Shown one piece after another: positions 26,650 to 39,103 of a DNA stretch of 64,000 nucleotides. This stretch comes from Octopus vulgaris (Eukaryota): contig OX597820.1 of assembly GCA_951406725.2 (NCBI GenBank), positions 2,790,001 to 2,854,000 of the forward strand, read 5' to 3'. Under the pieces are notes generated by a model, which saw only the letters and a list, made by a program, of their open reading frames with translations, was not told the origin of the DNA and searched no databases. The translations under genes and the position numbers were made by a program. Numbering within the stretch: position 1 is the stretch's first letter; the number at the start of each line of letters is the position of its first letter.

Positions 26650-27429
26650 TGTATAAAGCAAGACAGCAAATATATTCTACATGATTACAGCAATCAAAAA
26701 GGATCAACTGTTGTGAGCAAACATCACCGGTCCATTGTCATGAGAATTCCTTTTACTGTGCAAGTATTGTTGATGATAATAATGGTTTCAAATTTTGGCA
26801 CAAGGCCAGAAATTTCAAGGGAGGAGTAAATTAATTAGATCGATCCCAGTACGCAACTGGTACTTAGTTTATCGACACCGAAAAGACGAAAGGCAAAGTT
26901 GACCTCAGCAGAATTTGAACTCAGAATGTAAAGATGGATGAAAAACTGCTGAGCAGTTTTCCTGGCCTGCCAACAATTCTACCAGGTTGCCACCTTAATG
27001 ATAATAATAATCCTTTCTATTATAGGCACAAGGCCTGGAATTTTTCAGGAGGGAGGTTAGTTGATACTTATCTTATTGGCTCCGAAAGAATGAAAGGCAA
27101 AGTCTACCTCGGCAGAATTTAAACATAAAGCCAAAAGAAAAGTTGCTAAGCATTTTGTCTGGTGAGCTGAGAATTATTCTACCAGCTCACACCCCCCTCC
27201 TTCATTAGGAACAATAACAATAATTTTTAACTAAATATTATTAAGGGGTCAGACTTGGTAGAAGGGACCATCTGGATTAAAATTAGTCTATAGTAGTGAG
27301 TGTCAGGGACAAAATAAGTTTTTGGGAGACCCACTTTCGCATATAAGACCCGGGAGTGATTTCTGAGACATTTTTATGAAAGAAAAAAAAAAGTGTCTTA
27401 AAAGCCATCATTTATGGTATATTGCACAA

Positions 27430-27674
27430 ACACTGGATATTCAGCATCTCTTGAAGTCTTGACGTATCACTCCTTCACTTTGCTCCGACATTCTATGGAA
27501 TGGTTAAACCTTTCAAGAAACCGTTTCCACTGAGCTTTTTACCAATCTGTGAGAACAGGGAAGTGACCTCCGCTTCTGATTCTTCTTTCCTTTTATTCAC
27601 CGTTGAAGAGATGCTTCATATTTTCCCTTCTTGATTGCAGTGTCAATCCAATAATTCTTCACAAAATGTCAAAT
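27430..27674 (-). other. Probable non-coding (3' UTR) terminal exon; 3' end uncertain
   Basis: Strong acceptor ttttctttgtttgcag at 27676-27675; apparently non-repetitive sequence with early stops in all frames; AATAAA on - near 27595. Confidence 0.35.
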
Positions 27675-28160
27675 CTGCAAACAAAGAAAATACTCTAAAT
27701 CTAACATATCAATGGCTGGTTGGGGCACCGTATTTCATTGTGCAACCATTGCCCAGGGTGCGACAGAAGTAACGCCCTTTTATATTGAATCATGTTGTTT
27801 TCATGAAGCAATACTTAATAGATTTCTTAAAAACTTTGTAATTTTTTTTCCTTAGTTTATTATTTGTTTCTTTAATGCAATAAATTTGTGTTAAAGAAAA
27901 AATGATTTACTAAACATTTATATACAATAAAAGTTATTAAATGCAAAAAGAGCAACACTTCTGCTGCACCCTGAATACTATCAAGTACATTAAAGGCCGG
28001 CATTCTTTCACCTGGACTTGAAGAATCATAAGAGAACTCGGTAGCTTCCGTGATCACGTGTTGTCTTGTCAAATATCAGTTGACGAAATGGGAAGAGAAA
28101 GCTAACGGGTTGTGCGTGTGTGCTTGCTCTTTTGTGTGTGTGTGTACATTCCACAACACA

Positions 28161-28547
28161 TCTTTATATATAAAAGTAAGGTTGTGTGTCTGTCCCCTTC
28201 GATTTAGATTCCTAACTACTCCCACATTTTGCGGTGCAGTTTAACCAAAACCGGGTATCTTATAGTCGTGATTCATATTGAGCCCTTCTGGGTATTAGCG
28301 CGCATCTATGATGAGTCTACGATTTTAAAAAAAATTTACCATCATTTTTTCCATTTTAATGCATTTTTTCGCTATTATATAAGGGAAGTAACTCTCTAAA
28401 AATGTCTACGATGAGTCAACGATTTAAAAAAAAATTTACCATCATTTGTTTTCCATTTTTAATGCATTTTTTTGCTATAACTCTCTAAAAATGCTTATAT
28501 AGTTATTTCCCTTACAAACCCGAGCAACGCCGGGCGATACTGCTTAT
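28161..28547 (+). mobile_element. Non-autonomous Helitron
   Basis: 5' TC(T)TATATATAAA; 3' hairpin CCCGAGCAACGCCGGG + GATACTGCT, shared with 38681-39068. Confidence 0.75.
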
Positions 28548-28954
28548 ATATATAAAAAAAAGAACAGGCACACAAACACACACACAAAGGAGCAAGCACA
28601 CACGCACAACCCGTTAGCTTTCTCTTCCCATTTCGTCAACTGATATTTGACAAGACAACACGTGATCATGGAAACTACCGAGTTCTCTTGTTATGATTTC
28701 TCAAGTCAAGGCGAAAGAATACCTAAAGGTTTCTAAGTCAACACTCCTGAAACATGCAAATTACTTATTTTTCTATCTTTGATCACATTGTTTATATAGA
28801 CGTATTCCTATACGAAACGTAACTTTCAGTGCAGGCTCTAAATTTTATAGAAAATCTTAATGATTTGTGGTATTTCGTTATGCAACCATAAATTACATTA
28901 AATGTTTTTATAAGTCGACACCACATTCTACTGTGTTAGCAGTTTTCTTTTTCA

Positions 28955-29128
28955 TTATTTTGTTAAAGTTATTTCAGTAGAAATTATAACCAGCACTGAT
29001 TTTTTTTGCTGCAACATTTCATATCAAGACATCAGATGTTTGTTTACATCTGACGTCTTGATATGAAATGTTGCAGCAAAAAAATTAGTGTCGGTTATAA
29101 TTTCTGTTGAAATAACTTTTAACAAAAC
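28955..29128. repeat. Near-perfect palindrome (~85 bp arms), probably a MITE
   Basis: TTTTTGCTGCAACATTTCATATCAAGACATCAGATGT / ACATCTGACGTCTTGATATGAAATGTTGCAGCAAAAA centred near 29041. Confidence 0.85.
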
Positions 29129-30933
29129 GATATGGAAAACCTGAAGAGATCATTTTAAAGGGTGTCTAAACAGTGTCAAAGCTATAAACAAAAGCACTCA
29201 TAATCGTAATAATTTCAAATTTTGGCACAAGGCCAGCAATACCGAGTGCGGAGTTAAGTCACATTGACCTCAGTGCTCATCTGGTCCTTATTTCATTGAC
29301 CCCGAATGGATGAAAGACAAAATCGACCTCGGCGGAATTTGAACTCAGAATGTTGAGATGGACGAAATGCCACTTTGCAGTTTGTCTGGTATGCTAATGA
29401 TCCTGCCAGCTCACTGCTTTAACAATCATAATGGTTTCAATTTTTTGTGCAAGGCCAGCATTTGGGGAAGGATTAATCAATTACACTGACCCCAGTACGT
29501 CACTGGTACTTTGATTTACCGACCCTGAAAGGATGAAAGGCAAAGTCAGCATGAGCGGGATTTGAGCTCAGAATATTAAAAAAAGCCGGATGAAATTCCA
29601 TTCAGCATTTCGTCCGACACGCTAAGGGTTCTGTCAGCGTCTTGACCTTCACAATCACAACAAAAGCCACATTGATTTCAGGAAATACTCACCGGCAGAT
29701 TTCCTACAGTAGGCACAGGCATGGCTGTGTGGTAAGAAGTTTGTTTCCTAACCATGTGGTTCTAGGTTCAATCCCAATGCGTGGCATTTTGGGCCGGTGT
29801 CTTCGGGCCGACTAAAGCCTGTGAGTGGGTTTGATAGACGGAAACTGAAAGAAATAAGTGTGTGTGTGTCCACGGCTTGACAACCGGTACTGGTGTGTTT
29901 ACATACCCCGTAACTTAGTGGTTCAGCAAAAGAAACCAATATAATAAGTACCAGATTTAAAAGACAGCAAGTATGGGGATCGATTAATTTGACAAAAAAT
30001 TCAAAAAGGTGTTGCCCCAGCATGGCCGCAGTCTAATGATTGAAACAAGTAAAAAAGATAGAAAAGAGAAAGGAAAGAAAACAGATCCAGAAATGCAAGT
30101 CTGCAAGGCAAGCAATGGAACAAATAAGCAATGGAATTAGTGGTTCCAGGAACACATTTCGTTTCGTTTTCGCATTTCAAAAGAGAGAGAATGAAAGATG
30201 AATTTCATTTCATTGTTTGGCATAAAAAAACATGGAATTACAAGAGACGTGTGAAGGTGAGTAAACTGGCAAACCATTGGTTACAATGCCGTGGGTTCCA
30301 GTTGATTTGACCAACAGAACAGCCTACTCGTAGAATTAACATACAAGTGGCTGAGCATTCCACAGACACGCGTACTCTCAACGTAATTTTCAGAGAGATT
30401 CAGCATGACACAAGATGTGTCAAGGGTGGCCCTTTGAAATACAGGTACAACTCATTTTTTGCCAGCAGAGAAATAAAGTGTCTTGCTCAAGGACACAATG
30501 CGTGGCTGAGAATCGAACTCACAACCTTATGATCGTAGTCCTAATAATCTAACCACTAAACCACGCGAGGAGATATAGTCTGTGAATCTAACTAAACCAT
30601 TAGTGGCCCCAGTGGCATGACATCACAGCTAAAGCAAAATTGTTCACCCTTAAAATATAACAGTGGATCCCCAATTTACTGTTTTGCCTGTGTGGACCCT
30701 CAAAGAGCTTATATGGATCCCGGTTGAGAACTACTGGCTTATAAGGACAGAAGGGAATAGTGATAATAGAATGGGCAACTCTTGTATAATGCTTTTTACA
30801 GCTCAAATTCTTGGCCACTCAGTGCAGGATTTGAACTCACAACTTTATGTTCATGAGCCAAAAGCTGTAACCACTAGGCCAAGTATCTTCCCGTTCGAAA
30901 AAAAAATAAAATTGTAAATTATACTTGCCTTAC

Positions 30934-30999
30934 TTGTTTTTTGAGCCCCAAAAGGTCAAATTTATATAATAGGGTCTTCAGCCATTCCACTTCCATCGG
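30934..30999 (-). CDS. Spliced exon, probable last coding exon of the membrane protein gene ((A)DGSGMAEDPII*, stop 30964-30962)
   Basis: Acceptor tttttttcctcccatag and donor CAA/GTAAGG; phase-1 reading continues the Asp/Gly/Ser character of the previous exon; gene assignment uncertain. Confidence 0.45.
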
Positions 31000-31617
31000 C
31001 TATGGGAGGAAAAAAATAATGATAAATAAAACGAAATGTAGATATCCGTTTCAGCAATAAGAACAACAGAAACCACATTTACCATTGACTACGATACGAT
31101 GGTGGTAGAATGGTAAATGTGTGTCAGATTGGTAGATATGTGGATGATTGGTAAACTTGTAGAATTGGTGGAGCGACAGATAGAACACCCAGTGACAATT
31201 AGTTGTGTTGCTTTATATTTCGGTGTTCAAATCTCTGTAAGAGCCTTTCATCCTCCCGAGGCTCCATAAAATAAATTTTATTGAATATTGATGCTATCAA
31301 TCTGTGTCCCAAATTGAGGGCGGTGCAATGGTATAAACAGAAGAAGGACAATCTAAATGGTAGTAGAATTTAGTAACACCTGGGGCCGTGGCATGCCTTT
31401 GAGTTTGCTATCTCCCTGCCAACTAGACAGGCTTATACAATATAAGTGGAAAAGTTTCACTGAACTTCTGTTTCACAGTATCTGTGTATTTATTCGAAAC
31501 ACCCATATGTTTTTAGTTGAGGTTTTGTGGAAAACATTCAAAATTTGTCTGTATAAAGTATCGATATTTGCCCGACTGATGCAATGCCTTTCAAACAGAA
31601 ACCAGTTTGTATACTCT

Positions 31618-32002
31618 CTTTTACCTGTTTCAGTCATTTGACTGCGGCCATGCTGGAGCACCGCCTTTAGTCGAGCAAATCGACCCCGGGACTTAGTCTT
31701 TGTAAGCCTAGTACTTATTCTATCGGTCTCTTTTGCCGAACCGCTAAGTGACGGGGACGTAAACACACCACCATCGGTTGTCAAGCAATGCTAGGGAGAC
31801 AAACACAGACACACACATATATATATAAACATATATACGACAGGCTTCTTTCAGTTTCCGTCTACCAAATCCACTCACAAGGCATTGGTCGGCCCGAGGC
31901 TACAGTAGAAGACACTTGCCCAAGGTACCACGCAGTGGGACTGAACCCGGAACCATGTAGTTGGTAAACAAGCTACTTACCACACAGCCACTCCTGCGCC
32001 TA
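31618..32002 (-). mobile_element. SINE family A, tRNA-derived with internal microsatellite (many copies, e.g. ~2880-3290, 13730-14118, 16597-17150, 21062-21555, 29712-30055, 42405-42840, 43490-43990, 46080-46465, 47258-47742, 58365-58770, 63450-63822)
   Basis: Head GGAGTGGCTGTGTGGTAAG...GGTTCAGTCCCACTGCG; tail GCTCCAGCATGGCCGCAGTCAAATGACTGAAAC; highly repeated. Confidence 0.9.
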
Positions 32003-32309
32003 TATAGCATTTTAATTTGATGTTTGAGTAAAATAATTTCGTTAAGGATTTCAAAGGATTTCAAAGGATTTCAAATCTATCTATGTTATTTGGAACGTTT
32101 GATGTTTGCATAAAGGATTTTAAATTGATGTATATATGTATAAAGTATTTTGAAGGATGTCAATTATTTTAAATTGATGTGTATATAATTAGTTTTACCT
32201 GTTAAACATATTAAACTTGTTACTTGCACAAAGTACAACGTTTGTGCAATATTCAATTTCAAATATTTTGTACAACCGTCCTTTTCAAATATCGTACTTT
32301 ATGCAAGTA

Positions 32310-32919
32310 CAGTGTGTTCGAAAAGTCTCTCCACAGTAAGTATTGCAAAATAAATACTTGTAAGATGGTATAAAGCTACAAAAGAATATATTAGACTTTA
32401 AAAATACTTCATAAGAGGTGTTGAAAGTGTCTTGCTTCGTTTTCAATACATAAAATTTAATTTCTCTTTTACTGCTGCCGTGTGAGCACTTCCTGGGCTG
32501 ATTTCCGTTTCCTGTGACAGTTTGCGTAAGGACTTTGACGGGCTTGCCAACAGTTTATCAGAAATATTGGAGAGGGTTTCGTCTGAAGGAACAGTAGGCC
32601 TACCGCTTCTTGCTGCCATCTTCCACTGAGCCTCCTGTGTCTCTAAATTTTCTTATCAAATCCCTGAACAGAGTGTCCCGATGTGGAACAACAGGATTTG
32701 GAAAGGTTTCACTGAACTCTCTGTGTATTTGTTTCCGGCACGAAACACGCATTCAACTAAAAACGTAGTTCTTCAATGGTTAGCATGTCGACACGCTGAA
32801 GGGGACACAATGACTGAGGGACAATGGCCGACACCCGGCCGCCCATGCAGTGAGAGCCAGGTTGCGCATGCGCAGGATGAAAAAAAGATTCACTGCGGAG
32901 AGACTTTTTGAACAGCCTG
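32310..32919 (-). mobile_element. Tc1/mariner internally deleted DNA transposon
   Basis: TA-flanked TIRs CAGTGTGTTCGAAAAGTCTCTCCACAGT / ACTGCGGAGAGACTTTTTGAACAGCCTG; transposase N-terminal remnant SGRPTV...SPSKSLRKLSQET on -. Confidence 0.85.
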
Positions 32920-33233
32920 TACGAATTTAAAACACTTTAAAACAACACAAACATAAATTTAGAATAGCTTTTACAAAAATCAGTGAAATTCTTCATACAA
33001 TCGTCAATATAAAATAATTTAAACAAACATCTATTCCTGTTTAAAATATTGCACACAAACATCAATTTGAAATGCTTTTCAAACCAACATCAGTTTAAAA
33101 TATTTTATATTAACAGCAATTTCAAAGCCTTGTATTCCGCTGAGGTTGACTTTGTCTTTCATCCTTTCGGTGTCGATAAATTAAGTACCAGTTGCGTACT
33201 GGGGTCTTTGGAACGAAGATAAGGGAATCAATG

Positions 33234-33935
33234 TCACATTTTAAACTTGAGAAAAGTCTTGCACAGTTTTACTGTTCCGCTTACAGACTGTATTTGTAAT
33301 ATGCGAATCAGTTGGTTGATTTCTTTTCCTGAAAATCCAAGCTTATCCAGACGGACAGTTCGGCATTTACTCACAAAACCAAGTGTTCCTATTATTATTA
33401 TTGGTATAAATGTAAAATTGTAATCCGGATGATATAAAAGCTTGAGGTTTCGAAGCAGTTTTCCATAGTTTTTTCTTCTTTCTCTTTGATTTTCAAAGAG
33501 ACATTCACACATCAGCAAGACAGCTGACCTCTATGACGGTACATACATTTTCTTGTCTGTTCCAGACGACAATATTCGACCTGATATGCTTACACTCGAC
33601 ATGTTTTGATGAGAATGTTCCACCAGTATTCCTTGTGCTGGTATTTGCATACGTATTCAGTAACAGAGCTTTTTTCAGTTATTATTCCAGGTCAATCATT
33701 TTCCCAAATGGTATTGTTTTTGCGACAATGTCATGTCGCATAGGGCCGTAGTACTTTGATGTCATTTTTGGGCATCTGCAAATCACGTGTGTGATGTCTT
33801 CCGTGGAAATATGACATAATCTACATTTTCGGTTGCATCTTAGGAGTCCAAGGGTTTCACTGTCTCTATTGTTGATCAGATATTTAGTAGCAATCTCCCG
33901 ATCTTGGACTGCAAACGCATAGCCTTCAACGTGTA
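33234..33935 (-). mobile_element. R4/Dong-like (restriction-like endonuclease) LINE 3' fragment
   Basis: CRLCHISTEDITHVICRCPKM..RHDIVAK zinc knuckle; PIIIIGTLG..SVSGTVKLCKTFLKF. Confidence 0.85.
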
Positions 33936-33938
33936 ATG

Positions 33939-33973
<35 letters not shown>

Positions 33974-34141
33974 TCCTCCCCGCCCCCACTATCACTATCA
34001 CTTGACAACCAACACAGCAGTTCGGCAGAACGGACCGATAAAATAAGTACTAGGCTTACAAAGAATAAGTTCTGGGTCAATTTGTTCGACTAAAGGCAGT
34101 GCTCCAACATGGCCGTAGTCAAATGACTGAAACAAATAAAA

Positions 34142-34193
<52 letters not shown>

Positions 34194-34500
34194 GCCTGCT
34201 TGCTTAGCCAGCGGGGTGGCGTCATTTGAAGGCTAAAAAAACAATGCGAAGCGCATTGTGACCAGCGATGTGTAGCAACATCTGATAGCCTGGTCGGTCA
34301 CGGTGATCACGGTGATATATATATATATAATCAAAATAAGCAACAAGGATATCCAGATATACCTCTGGATATCCTTGTTGCTTATTTGGATTGTAATCAC
34401 CCCATTTTGAATTATATGGATACCACCATACCAAATTCTGGTGCCTTTAACTTAAGTACCATATTCATCTGAATCTAAATTTTAATGAACTTATATATAT

Positions 34501-34535
<35 letters not shown>

Positions 34536-34554
34536 GTTTTTCTCTCTCTGTGTA

Positions 34555-34592
34555 TCTTTCTGTTGAAGAGCGTAGGCTCGAAACGTTAAAGA
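34555..34592 (+). ncRNA. Minimal hammerhead-like motif (CTGTTGA core variant)
   Basis: TCTTT-CTGTTGA-A-GAGC GTAG GCTC-GAAA-CG-TT-AAAGA. Confidence 0.55.
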
Positions 34593-35579
34593 CTTGTTTT
34601 ATTTATATTTCCTGAGCGCCATACTAATACAATTGTTCGTTTGTTTTCCACCTGCCTTCGTCTTTTGTTTATTTTCATAAAGCTTCCCGTTATGTATGTA
34701 TGTATGTATGTATGTATGTATGTATGTATGTATGTATAAACAAGCTGTTTATTTAGCTTTGTGTGATCATACTCACAGTCCAATCACTGAAATAGGTAAA
34801 AGACAAAATAATATACTACTTAGGGAAGGAAAAGGTAAGTCTTCCAAACGGAGACTTCACGGAATCATAGAACCCCCCCCCCCACACACACACACAAAAA
34901 CCCCCAAAGAACTTCAGGATATCAATTTGTATATTAATTATCCGTACTTACTTTATCAACGATAAAAAGAAAAAGAAAAAACAAATCTTTCAATCCAGTA
35001 AGATATCGAACCCATTACATCGACCATCTAATTTGATCTTTTTTTTTTTTCGCCTTCTGAGAGACATCATTCATGTTTTATTTTTACATGTATCTGAATC
35101 AGATTGAAGACTATTTGCAAAGTAGCTGGGCCTTGAATTTATGTCAACAATAAATAAAACAGTATTTTTTTTTATTATTATAGCGAATGAATGAGAGATA
35201 TTTACGAAAATCCAAATCTTTTTATTGTTAACTGAACATATGTAACTTTAGACGTGATAATAGTAACGTTTCTTTTTTTTTGTTCCTTGTTGCGGTAAAA
35301 ATGTGTATGCCACACCCAACTGCGGCAACCTGAACAAAGATATAATTTCTTTAGTAAATAAAGATTCATTTTACTTTTTGTGTCAGCAAACAGTTTTTTT
35401 TTTTTCGTCTTTTCCATTGTATCTTCTGTTTTCGCACAGCCGCGTAATGCTGTGAAATACACAGAATTAGCGAACGGCGACTCCTACCTTCATTCCTTCG
35501 TCCCCAATCACATTTCACACGTGAAAAAATCGCGCAAAATAACATATTCATCGGGATCACACACACACGCACGCAAACG

Positions 35580-35615
<36 letters not shown>

Positions 35616-35708
35616 TACACACGCAACACATACATACATACATACATACATACATACATACATACATACATACATACATAATACATACATACAAACATAC
35701 ATACATAA

Positions 35709-36570
35709 ATGAAGAAGACAGTAGAATTGACAAAAAGAGCAGCCTCTCTTGGACACAAGACCACTACATCACATCACACTTTGAAAGTTATGCATTTGCA
35801 ATCCAGGAACAGGAGATTGCCACAAAGCACCTGGTGAACAAGAGGGAAAGAGTCGCTCTTGCAATCCCAAGGTGCAACTGCATGTGTAGGCTATGTCATG
35901 TTTCTGAGGAAGACATCGCGCATGTGATTAGCGGCTGTCCTAAAATGTCGTCCCTATGCTGCACGATGTTGTCGCTAAAACAATTTACAATACCATCCGC
36001 AAAAAAGACTGTCCTGAAATAAACTTAGAAAATCCCTCTGTTATGGAATACGTTCATAAACACCAACTCAAGGAATACTGGTGGAATATTCCCATCAAAA
36101 CTTCTGTCAAATGTAAACATAACAGGCCGGATATCGTTGTTTGGGACAGAGGGCAAAGGTATGTACAATCACAGAGGTCAGCTGCCCTGCAGACATCAGT
36201 AACTCTTTGAAAATCAAAGAAAAAGAGGATATCTATGGACAACTGCTTTGAAACCTCCAGCTTCTATATCCAGACTATGAATTCATATTCATACCAATAA
36301 TAACTGGAGCACTAGGTTTTGTTAGTAAATGCTTAAAGGAGAATCTGGATAAACTGGGATTTCCAGGAAGAGAAATCGACCAGCTAATTCGTACATTACA
36401 AGTGCAATCTGTGAGTGGAACAATAAAAATATGCAAGACTTTACTTAAGTTCCAAATGTGAATTTGTCTGTGTTAACAATAACATCCCAAAGATGGAGCC
36501 TTGTATCTTTGTTGGAAACCGGTTCCCTCCTCAGTGGAAGATTTATAATAATTAAAAAATAGAAGAGACA
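35709..36570 (+). mobile_element. R4/Dong-like LINE 3' fragment next to (TACA)n
   Basis: CRLCHVSEEDIAHVISGCPKM, HDVVAK, HNRPDIVVWD (PD-(D/E)xK), ...GTIKICKTLLKF; frameshifted. Confidence 0.87.
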
Positions 36571-36934
36571 TACTAACATAGATACATACATGTAATTTTT
36601 TGCACTAATGGGTATATGTCAATTAGTATGTTGAGTAAAGCACGTTCACATTTTGGGCTACCTGGTGTCATCCACGGTTGGGATATATTTTTCCGCAGCG
36701 TTAGTCAGGATAATAATAATTGAAGAAGGAAACGGAAAAGAAATTTGGTGCCAGTCTTTATTCAGTACGACGATCGTTTCGGCGCGTCCTGCGTCTGTTC
36801 TTTTATGGGTGGGATGTTATGCGTCCAATTGTGTTGCATCGATCAGCGCAGTCTGGGTCACATGACTGTATAAAGCGGTGTCCCGCAGGCATGTGGTTGG
36901 TTATCCGCTGTGTCCGAGTGAAATCGTTGTTGTA

Positions 36935-37406
<472 letters not shown>

Positions 37407-38508
37407 ACGCACACACAAATGGTAAATTCATGATAAAAATGGCGTAGAGTGGGATGTGTGTGCGGGTGGGGGTGGGGGGCACGGGCCGGAGAGAGCGGCC
37501 ATTTTACGTGTGTTTGCTGCAGGCGAAGCAACGTTGCGTGTAACGAAGGGACGCCCAATATGGATGCCACGCAGCGCGGCCCAAACCCAGGCTACGGCTT
37601 CACAGCACGAAAGGTCACATAACGGACGCGCAATGTTGACAGACATTCTGTCCCAACAGTCTTTGTGCCCAATTCTGTGCTCGTCCATTTGGGTTGAATA
37701 TTCAACGAATGCACATGCATGCGCGGAGCTGCTGCTGGTGTGATTCGTGTGGGGATGTGTGGTAAGAAATTTGCTCCCCAAACACGTGGTTCTGGGTTCA
37801 GTCCCATTGCATCGCACCTCGGGCAAGTGTCAGTAATAGAAGACACTCGCTGAAGGGGTGCGACGCTGTGGGACTGAACCCGGAACCATGTGATTGGGAA
37901 GCGAGCTTCTTACTACACAGCCATGCCTGCACCTATATACATAAAAGGTATTGGTATTTAGAAGATCCCAAAAGATCCAAAGAGTGGCAGGTAATGCTAA
38001 TTAAGTGTTAAAGACAGACCACAGTTAAACTCTTGATTCGATCGTAATACCGCTGAAGAGTTTATCTCTTATGATAAAAGGCAGATTTTCTCTGCCTCCT
38101 ACATAGTTTGTTTTTAATACAATTGTACAATATAGAATTTCTTCAATTGGAATTTACCTATGATGTTTCGAAGTAGATTCGATTGGGTCATGGCATATAC
38201 ATTTTTTTCAATTTCACCCCCAATTCAGAAAAAATTCGAGAAAACTCAATATTTTACGATTTGCCTCTCTCATTTCAAATGCTTTACTCCTGCTATTACC
38301 ACACACATTCTGCTACTTTCTCTTATTAATGCTTAAACCAATCCTCAAAAAAAAAAAAAGGAAACAGAGATCTGTCGCTAACTTTTGGTAGTATTCATTG
38401 GCGAGCGTACATCAGTTGTCAATTGTTGAAAGAAAGAAATTGTAAGCTAAGAAGATGTGTGTGTGTGTATGCGTGCGTGCGTGCGTGCGTGCGTGCGTGT
38501 GTGTGTGT

Positions 38509-38540
<32 letters not shown>

Positions 38541-38680
38541 AGGAAGTGAAGGATAAAAATATGGCAAGAAGTGGACACATGTACATATATACATACATAC
38601 ATCCATACATACATACATACATACATACATGTGTGTGTGTGTGTGTGTGTATGTGTATTAATGTGTGTGTGTTGTCTCTC

Positions 38681-39066
38681 TCTATATAAAGCTGAAGTTG
38701 TCTGTGTGCGGCAGGTTTGGTAGCCTTCAACTAACACTATCTCCTCCGAGACCCTGCGACGCAAGTTGACCAAAATTGAGAGTATGATACAAGAAAGGTT
38801 GCTCTTCCTCCCGTAGAAGATAAAATTCAAATCGGACCATGTTAACACCAAAAATTATTTACATCAAAAACGTGCTTTTTTTCTATGAAAATCCCTATTT
38901 TTTACGATTTTTTCACTGCTGTGTCGCCACTTTTTGGTGTATTTCAACCAGAAAAATGTTCACTTGAAGAGAATAACAAGCTAAATAATGCAAAATTTTT
39001 ACTTTTCAAAAAACCCATATTCCAGCGGGTCGAAACAAACCCGAGCAACGCCGGGCGATACTGCTA

Positions 39067-39068
<2 letters not shown>
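38681..39068 (+). mobile_element. Non-autonomous Helitron
   Basis: 5' TCTATATAAAGCTGAAGTTG; 3' hairpin CCCGAGCAACGCCGGG followed by CTAGT. Confidence 0.8.

Positions 39069-39103
<35 letters not shown>

Noticed and set aside
27500-27674. Reading frame with several in-frame TGA (selenoprotein or mitochondrial-code idea)
   Set aside because: No recognisable protein, no evident SECIS, no mitochondrial gene similarity; consistent with UTR
35202-35329. TNF-homology-domain exon for the type II membrane protein
   Set aside because: Only a vague resemblance; no downstream exons with TNF motifs were found
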